From Octopus vulgaris (lineage: Eukaryota): a DNA stretch of 64,000 bases. Positions 55,496 through 64,000 of this stretch are shown one piece after another (positions within the stretch are counted from its first letter, which is position 1; the number at the start of each line of letters is the position of its first letter). The position numbers and the translations under genes were made by a program. Where the stretch lies: assembly GCA_951406725.2 (NCBI GenBank), contig OX597815.1:85498001-85562000 (forward strand). The letters run 5' to 3'. Under the pieces are notes generated by a model that saw nothing but the letters and a program-made list of their open reading frames with translations, was not told where the DNA came from and ran no database searches.

Positions 55496-55939
55496 AAAAA
55501 GATGTGGAACACGTGTTGTGATATATAAAAAAGGAAAGAGGAAAAAATCTATCAGAAAGGAACTCTATCTCTCTTAAAAAATATCTTTTGATAAGCATAA
55601 CAAATGCGCAACCGGTAAAAAGAACTTTCACCTAATTAAATTACTTAAATTAATTAAATTATTTTGTCAGCATTTTCTTCATTTCCTTTATATATATATG
55701 TATATGTATGTTCTTGGTTCTGTTAATGACTAGGCGTTCAGGCAAGTATACTGGCATTGATATAGAAACATTTGAAATGTTGTCCAGGTAAATCTAGCTG
55801 AAGAAGACTAATCAAATTTACGATAACAAGCGTATTTGGAGAATCCGAAACCTAAGCACTAGATTTTCCGATTCTGGGTTGTCCATTTATCTAATGTTCT
55901 TCCTAGAGGTAAGAAGAAATTTGTTATGTTCGCTGCCCT

Positions 55940-56283
55940 CACACGTCTTTGCCAGTATATCAAAATCTCTCGTGGAAGCGCCATCCAACCAAAATGCAAA
56001 TATATGGGAAACTACCACCTGTGTCATCTCTTGTGAAAGGTAAGAGAGTCCAGTTTGCTGGACGTTGTTGTAGAGCTGAAAAAGAGGTAATTTCTCCTCT
56101 TCTCCTCTGGAAGCCATCTACACGCAATACCAGAGGGTGCACACACTCCTACCCTGATGTAATCTCCAGGGATACAGGCATTCAGCAACAGGACCTCCGT
56201 AATGCCATGATGGACCGTGAAGTCTGGCGTAGCATGGTAAATTCCATTGTCTCGATCACGGTCGAACAATGATGATGATGATG
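55940..56283 (+). mobile_element. RTE-group LINE 3' fragment
   Basis: NLSWKRHPTK...RVQFAGRCCR...LLLWKP...AMMDREVWR followed by a (GAT)n tail. Confidence 0.85.
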
Positions 56284-56595
56284 CCAGTATATATACAGTG
56301 AAGCTTTACTATAGCGTCGTAAATTTATCGACTGCTATTTCCAGTAAACATTGGTTCCTTGTTGTACCACTACTCTCTCTCTCTCTCTCTTTCCCTCTCT
56401 CTCTCTCTTTCCCTCTCTCTCTCTCTTTCCCTCTCTCTCTCTCTTTCCCTCTCTCTCTCTCTTTCCCTCTCTCTCTCTCCCTTTCTCTCTCCCTCTCTCT
56501 CTCCCACTCTTTTCCCCCCTCTCTCTATATAAATATATATATAAATAAATATATATATAAATATATATATATGTATATATAAATATATATATATA

Positions 56596-56632
56596 CCGCG
56601 TGTGCACTGTTGGCGATTTTTTCCTCCTCCGT

Positions 56633-56689
<57 letters not shown>

Positions 56690-58039
56690 GCATTAACATA
56701 TATATATATTGTTATGAGTTTGGCTAAGTGCAGTTCTTGGTGACCCACTTTGTGAATGATGGCGCCGGCACGTCTGGAAGAAAAGAGACAGTCCTTTGTT
56801 TGCTGGAAGAGTAATGGGTTTTGGAGGGACCTTTTTGGCCTTGTGCGGTCGATTGGAGGTCGTCCTAGACACCCCTTGAAGAAGAGGAAGAAAACTAGTG
56901 AGAGAGATAGAGTATAAGGCTAAGGGACAGATGTGAGGAAGAATCAAGCAGTAGTGAGAAAAAGATAGAGTAAGGAATCTAAGGGCAGATAGAGAGGATA
57001 TTAGCATTGAGAGAGGAGAACAGGCAGAGAGTATGGCAGAGCTGTCATGAGAGGGTGATAGGCAGCAGGCGATAGAGCTAGGCAGTTAGGGACCAGGGCA
57101 GATAGAGAGGGTAGTGAGAAGGAGAGAGAGCAAGTGAAGTTTTGAGGTAGTTGGTAGTCGGTCGTCAAGGAGCACAGACGGATTCTGGAAGTCAAAGGGA
57201 GTAGTTGGAACCTTAGGAGCAGGCGGCTGGATTCAGGACTTGGCGAGCTGGAGTTAGCAGTATTGAGAGAGAGATGGAGTGCAATGTGGGACACTGGCGA
57301 TTCAATTAGGAATTAAGGTATTTGATTGTGTATTGATACGTGTCACGATGTAAAGAGACAGTGAAAAGAATTGGTGTATTGAACAGTGAAAAGAACAGTA
57401 AAGGACTTGTTGATGTGTCGATTATCGAGTTGTGGTATTTATGTTCAGAATTGTGTTGATATGTGTAGAAAAAGATTATAAAGAACTGTGAACGTTATCT
57501 GTTGATGTGATTTGGAAAAAGAAGTGTGTCTTCGGACGTGTACCTTTGGAATACTGTATATGACTTGTTGTGTCTCCGGACTGATATATTGTTACTTGCA
57601 TGTTTAAATGCTTTGATCTATTGTGGAGATGTATTGAGTTGTCACGTGCATGTTTCCTTTAAATGTTTGCCTTAATGTATTTGATGTTGTAACAATTGAT
57701 TGTCATATAAACTGTTGTTGAATGTAAGCCAGTAGTTGTTGCCAGTTGTGCCTTGCCTCATTGCTTCTCTCTCGATTGCCTCTGGGCTGCTGCTGTTGTT
57801 GTTGTTGTGTATGTCTCCCCTCTCTCTCCTCTCTCCGACGAGTTTCCGTAGCTTATTCGCTGCATCAAACGGGCCAGTGTGAGGATTTCCGTAACAGTTC
57901 GAATCGCGGAGGCCCCACCCTGTGTCGTAACAATATATATGAATATGTATATATATAAATATACATATGTATATATATAAATATGTATAAATATAAATAT
58001 GTATTTATACATATACATATATATATATATATATGTATA

Positions 58040-58108
<69 letters not shown>

Positions 58109-58325
58109 ATATATATATATAATAATTAATCCAAACAAGAAAACACAAAAAAACACAACAACGCGAGGACGTGGATCAAATATAGTATTATTGGACGCTC
58201 AGGAAAGAAGGGAAGAAGGAGGGTTGAACGTTTCGAGCGGAGCTCTTCGTCGGAAACATAGGAGAAGGAAAGATCCAGAGAAGGGAAGACAGAGGAAAAA
58301 AAAATCGCCAACGGTACAAACGAGG

Positions 58326-58326
<1 letters not shown>
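56596..58326 (-). mobile_element. Penelope-like remnant bracketed by inverted pseudo-LTR pieces
   Basis: 56596-56635 is the reverse complement of about 58286-58326. The pLTR at 58135-58326 contains CCGACGA-aGAGCuccGCUC-GAAACG. 56710-57280 is a Leu/Ser-rich degenerate ORF. Confidence 0.6.
57285..57932. mobile_element. Possible solo LTR
   Basis: About 650-bp block with TG...CA termini and a weak terminal inverted match (TGTGGGAC / TGTTACGAC); no clear TSD. Confidence 0.35.
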
Positions 58327-58383
<57 letters not shown>

Positions 58384-58394
58384 TTTTTCTTTTT

Positions 58395-59195
58395 TTTATA
58401 GTTTCAATTCGGAGCTCTGGCCATGCTGAGGCACCGGTGTTTTGCTACACTGTTATTACTGAAATCCTCCTGTAATATGTGGCACTTGGTGAAGAATGGA
58501 GTTTGATGTCGCTACCCTCATTTCCACCTCCTGCCGTGAAGTAGGTTCATCTGGCACTCTCGAGAGGAAGAGGTCCTGTTTTAATTTGAAAACGCCTACA
58601 TCCACTTTGTGTAGGTTCCTCAGGCTCTTCGGGAAAATATTAAAATGCCATGGGCCCCTGAAACCTAGGCTGTTGCAGTAACTGGTCCTGAAGCGCGATG
58701 GCTTTGCTGGGATCTTTGGCACTCTGCAGTGTTGATTCGTTCTGGCATTGGTGTAGCTTTCAATGCCCAAACCTTCAAGATATATATTACCGTATACCTC
58801 TCCCTCCTTTGCTCCTGGGAGTAGTCTTAGCTGTTTCAGCATTTCTCAGTAGCTGAGCTGTTGCAATGAGACGATCTTCTTTGTGAGGCTTCGCTGGATT
58901 GCTTCAGGGTCCGCTGTTAATTTTGCACTGTTAGGTGACCATAGCTGGGCGCAGTAATCCAGGCGACTGAAGACGAATGACCTCCACAGGATAATCATGG
59001 TTTTCTTTTCTCTGGTTCTGAATGTTCTCAGAATCCATCCAGCCAGTCGTCTGCACTTTGTCGCCATCCTGATAATGTGCACTTGGAAAGAGGTATCATC
59101 ACTCATGTCGATACTCAGGTCCCTCACAGATTTAGGCTCTGGGATTGTATTCCCCTGTGGACCAGTGTACCCTGTAAGCTCTTTTGTCTTAATAG
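58395..59195 (-). mobile_element. CR1-group LINE 3' fragment
   Basis: VRDLSIDMSDD...WILRTFRTR...SRLDYCAQLWSP...RGPWHFNIFPKSLRN...FLSRVPDEP; A-rich tail. Confidence 0.88.
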
Positions 59196-59221
59196 CGGTC
59201 AATATATGAATTAATATATAT

Positions 59222-59280
<59 letters not shown>

Positions 59281-59467
59281 ATAGATATATAAATAAATGT
59301 GTATATATAAATATGTATATATAAATATGTGTATATATATATATATACATATATATATATACACACACACACATATATATATATATATATGTATATATAT
59401 AAATATATATATAACTAAGTATATATAAATATAAATATATAGAAATATATATGTACATATGTAAATG

Positions 59468-59522
<55 letters not shown>

Positions 59523-59820
59523 ACATATATGTATATATATGCATATATATATGTGAGTGTATATATATATATATATGCACATATATTTATGTATATATAT
59601 TTGTATATATGTATATATTTGTATGTATATATATGTTATATATATATATGTATATATATATATGTGTGTGTGTGTGCATGTATATATATGTATGTAAATA
59701 TATATATAGTTATATATATATAAATGTATATCTATATATATATATGTATTTGTATTTATATATATGTATTTCTGTATATATATATGTGTATATGTATATA
59801 TATGTATCTATCTATCTATA

Positions 59821-59884
<64 letters not shown>

Positions 59885-60702
59885 TATACATAAAGAAAGC
59901 AGAATACGGAGAAGTACTGATGGACAACAATTGATTTACGCCAATTCCCATTTGTTAATTCAATGCAAATACACTGCATGCCATCTAACAGCTGTCTCTG
60001 CTTCCAATGTTGTATGGTATTGCCATTGATATGCAAAAATATGTAAAAACATTAACCATATTTGGTAATAAACCCGATCTGAAACAAGGAGCTTCATCAG
60101 AGTGAAAAATAAATGAAGAAAAGCATAGAGAAGGAAAAATTAAAAATTGAATATGGTTGTAATTATATCATTTTGCTTGTCTATCTCATTGGGACTTTAA
60201 AGTAAAAGACTAAATCAAAATAGCAATTGATAGTACTTAAATACTGATTTTCTTTTCATTTTGGTGGAGGTAACATAAGCATATGCCCTCTGATTTTATA
60301 GCGGAAGGAAAGTCGGGAAGATGATATGAGTGTGCAGGTGAATTGAAATATCTAAAGGTATGGAATGGAAACCAAAGTGAAAACCAGGTTCGGACATTAA
60401 TTCTTTGCATAGTGGGGGTGAGGGCTAAGATGGATAAATAAGAAAAAATAGAAAAAAACAAACAAAAAAAAAATATTGGAATATGCCAACAGTTTTTAGT
60501 CTGAGAAGGGGTTTTATATTAATCATAATTTATAATAGTTATGTTTGTAATACTAATTAATAGTATTAACCATAATAAAGTGCTAATCGGTTAAATGCAA
60601 TTTTGTTTTTTTACTAGTAGGTCATTAAGCCTTTTAACCTCTTGTCCAAAGTGGAATAGGCCAAGGTCCAACGTTCAATGTAATTGGTAACCTCTAACTC
60701 AA

Positions 60703-61332
60703 CTAAGCATTTCGCCCGGCGTGCTAACGTTTCTTATTTCTTTATTGCTTACAAGGGGCTAAACACAGAGGGGACAAACAAGGACAGACAAAGGAATCAA
60801 GTCGATTACATCGACCCCAGTGCGTAACTGGTACTTAATTTATCGACTCCGAAAGGATGAAAGGCAAAGTCGACCTCGGTGGAATTCGAACTCAACGTAA
60901 CTGCAGACGTAATACCTATTTCTTTACTACCCACAAGGGGTTAAACACAGAGGGGACAAACAAGGACAGACAAACGGATTAAGTCGATTACATCGACCCC
61001 AGTGCGTAACTGGTACTTAATTTGTCGACCCCGAACGGATGAAAGGCAAAGTCGACCTCGGCGAAATTTGAACTCAGAACGTAACGGCAGACGAAATACC
61101 TATTTCTTTATTACCCACAAGGGGCTAAACACAGAGGGGACAAACAAGGACAGACATAGGTATTAAGTCGATTACATCGACCCCAGTGCGTAACTGGTAC
61201 TTAATTTATCGACCCCGAAAGGATGAAAGGCAAAGTCGACCTCGGCGGAATTTGAACTCACAACGTAACGCAGACGAAATACCGCTAAGCATTTCGTCCG
61301 ACGTGCTAACGTTTCTGCCATCTCTCCGCCTT
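60703..61332 (-). mobile_element. SINE family A concatemer (three ~183-bp units)
   Basis: Units begin tatttcttta at about 60736, 60918 and 61101; one full head at the right end and a partial head at 60703-60735. Confidence 0.9.
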
Positions 61333-61439
61333 CCAAATGTCACATATCAGAGGAGATTTAGGGAAAATATACCAAAGTAAATGGCGGTGCTCCAGCCTGG
61401 CTGCAGTCCTCGAACTAGAAATAATAATAAAAAAAGAAC

Positions 61440-61760
61440 TTTTATCTCTTACTGTTTCAGTCATAAGACTGTAGCCAGGCTGGTAAACTACACTGAAGAA
61501 TTTTAATCGAACAAATCGAACTCAATAGTTATTGTTTTTAAGATTGGTACTTATGCTATCGGTGTGGTTTGCCGAATCTCTCGGTTATGGGAACGTAAAC
61601 AAACCAACATTGGTTGTCAAGCAATGGTGGGGGATAAACAGAAACACACACTTTCAGTTTCCGTCTTCCAAGTCCACTTACAAGACGAGGTTATGGTAAT
61701 GAGACTGAACCCGGAACCATGTGGTTCGGAAGCAAATTTCTTACCAAACAGCCACGCTTG
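61440..61760 (-). mobile_element. SINE family B, degenerate
   Basis: gtttcagtcataagactgtagccaggctgg...gagactgaacccggaaccatgtggtt. Confidence 0.75.
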
Positions 61761-62877
61761 CGACTACATACATAAATACATACATACATACATACACACG
61801 TATATATAGTTATGTAAGAGTCTGAGTACTATATACCTATAATTGTGTACGCCAATTGCACAGCACTTTCCTACTTCGATCAATGGTCATTTGTTTATTG
61901 TTTGCTCATTTTATGTATTCGGTGTTCAGTGAGTTAGACCACTTGCAAATGTAATTTTCTCACCAAGGACTCGGTGTACTGCTGGTGCAAAAAAAAAACA
62001 ACAACAAAAAAACTGTGCTCTCTTCAGTCAGTCAAAATTTATCCCTTCGTTTGGGTCGAATAGAAAAAACAAAACAGAACGCAGATATGAAACGAAGAAA
62101 TTGAAAACAACACACACGAACATATAAACAATCAATCAAACAAGAAAAAGAAATGTGCATTAACCTTCTAGATATCGTTTGCAAAATATATAAGGGTAAC
62201 ATTTGAGATTATGAGATTTAGGATTCTCGAATGCTTTAAGAACTTTGGATGTTCAATGATTCATCCTCTCAACGTTTTATGTCCTATAGATGTTTGACAT
62301 TCGATTATCAAGCTAATTTAGTAATTTATATCAGCTGTGGTATTTAACAACAGTATTTGACCTTCTCATTTCATTATTTTCGAGTAAATAGTTGTTCGTT
62401 TTTAATTTTGTGAAATTTGAAGGTTTCAAAACGTACTTAAATACTGATTTTCTTTTTATTTTGGTGGAGGTAACATAAGCATATGCCCTCTGATTTTATA
62501 GCGGAAGGGAAGTCGGGAAGATGATATGAGTGTGCAGGTGAATTGAAATATCTAAAGGTATGGAATGGAAACCAAAGTGAAAACCAGGTTGGGACATATA
62601 TAATAAAGTGTTCAGTATTTATTTGTTCAGTAAATATAATGCTCGAGGTAATTGAAATATCCTATATTACATCATTGATATTTTTTGTAGATACGAAAAA
62701 TATAATTTATGATATTGGAATTTGAAATTAGATCATCGAAAATTGTGACTAAACGCAAGAAGTCTTTATCTCAACTGCCAACTTACTACCGCTTAATCTC
62801 TTTAACATTGATTTTATTCTTACACGTATAAGGGGAATAGGCTTTAGTTCCACCATCTTTTCTGAGTTTCTTTAATC

Positions 62878-63085
62878 GAGCTAGTAGAATCGTTGGTACG
62901 CTGGACAAAATGCTTAGCGATATTTCGTCCGACTTTACGCCCCGAGTTCAATTTCCGCCGAGGTCGACTTTGTCTTTCATTCTTTCGGGATCGATAAGAT
63001 AAGTACCAGTTGGTCACCGGGGTCAATGAAATCGATTTGCCCCTTCCTCTAAAATGTCAGTTCTTATGCCTATAATTAAAAAAGA
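62878..63085 (+). mobile_element. SINE family A
   Basis: gagctagtagaatcgttgg...gagttcaatttccgccgaggtcgactttgtctttcat...gataagataagtaccag. Confidence 0.82.
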
Positions 63086-64000
63086 TTATCAACTTTCTTC
63101 GCCAGGGGAATGGAAGGAAAGACAGATTAATCGTTGTGTGATTTTAGTTTGGATATGTGAAACTCGAAGTTAGAAACCGGTTCTCCAATCTCTACATTAT
63201 ATTCACCACATTGACTAATATTATTCTTAGCAGTGTGTTCCTCTGAATGCTCTATCAGCTAAACTGTTTCTAATATTGATAGAAGAATGATTTCATCGAA
63301 GGAAGTACATTTACAGCCAAAGTAACTGTGTTATGTATTTCCAAAACAGATAATTCTCAAACACTTACGAAAGAGTTTTCATACTTGTTCAGGAAGTGGC
63401 CACTCAAACTTAAACTCTAATATATTAATAATCTGATAGAATTATCGAAAATATGGTTTGATAGCATTATTTAAACGGAAAAAGATTAATTTGCTTTCGA
63501 TTGTTTTGATTTGTTCAGAGAACTGTCTCTGTTCGGCGCTATTGCTTCGTCTATGTTTTCTACTTAATCTCTAAACGTACGAAGTAATCCCCGGCCCTGT
63601 CAACACTGGCATGTTGTAACTCAACATTTCCTTTAAAATTTTATGTACTTAATGCGTACGATGATGCGATATGCAATTTTTTCTCCAGTGGAGGCGACAA
63701 TCAAGTGCACATTGGAGTCTGGATTCTTGAGGGCATGTAAACTTGAAAATATTAGGATAATAACATTTGTAAAATATTTTGAATATTTTGTTTGGAAACA
63801 TTTCAAATAGTCTAGCATTACTACAGATCAGCTCTCAGGTTAAGTTGTTGCCTTATAACTTTGATACTCTCGCATCCACAAATACAAAGAGAGAGGAATG
63901 TAATCTTCCCTCTTAGTACTTATCTTACTGACAACTCCGAAGGCTTTTTCTCATAATTTCCTCTCCTCTTTCCTTCTACGCTTAAGCCTCCTTTTTTTTT

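Larger units (their letters stand above)
60233..62597. repeat. 165-bp direct repeat pair (60233-60397 and 62433-62597)
   Basis: Three mismatches by eye, no indels, exactly 2200 bp apart. Confidence 0.95.

Noticed and set aside
60736-61285. CRISPR-like array
   Set aside because: Units are whole ~183-bp SINE bodies without unique spacers; eukaryotic context and no cas genes.

Overview
AT-rich animal genomic DNA, dense in microsatellites and transposons. The repeat families suggest an octopus or other cephalopod (inference). The only host gene I can support is the 5' part of a secreted animal heme peroxidase on the minus strand. Four coding exons (30713-30703, 25416-25124, 12956-12824, 1214-1006) join with GT-AG sites and matching phases into one reading frame, and the gene continues off the left edge. 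Its introns and upstream region hold several distinct R4/Dong-type (REL endonuclease) LINEs sitting in (TAA)n tracts, four tRNA-headed SINE families, and CR1-group and RTE fragments. There are also a Penelope-like GIY-YIG element and Tigger, mariner and piggyBac derivatives. The most notable unexplained structures are fold-back inverted repeats carrying minimal type I hammerhead ribozyme motifs, a non-coding TAA-targeted retroposon without a tRNA head, SINE concatemers, and a 165-bp near-perfect direct repeat. Most ORFs in the supplied track are microsatellite artefacts. All calls were made by eye; no database searches were run.
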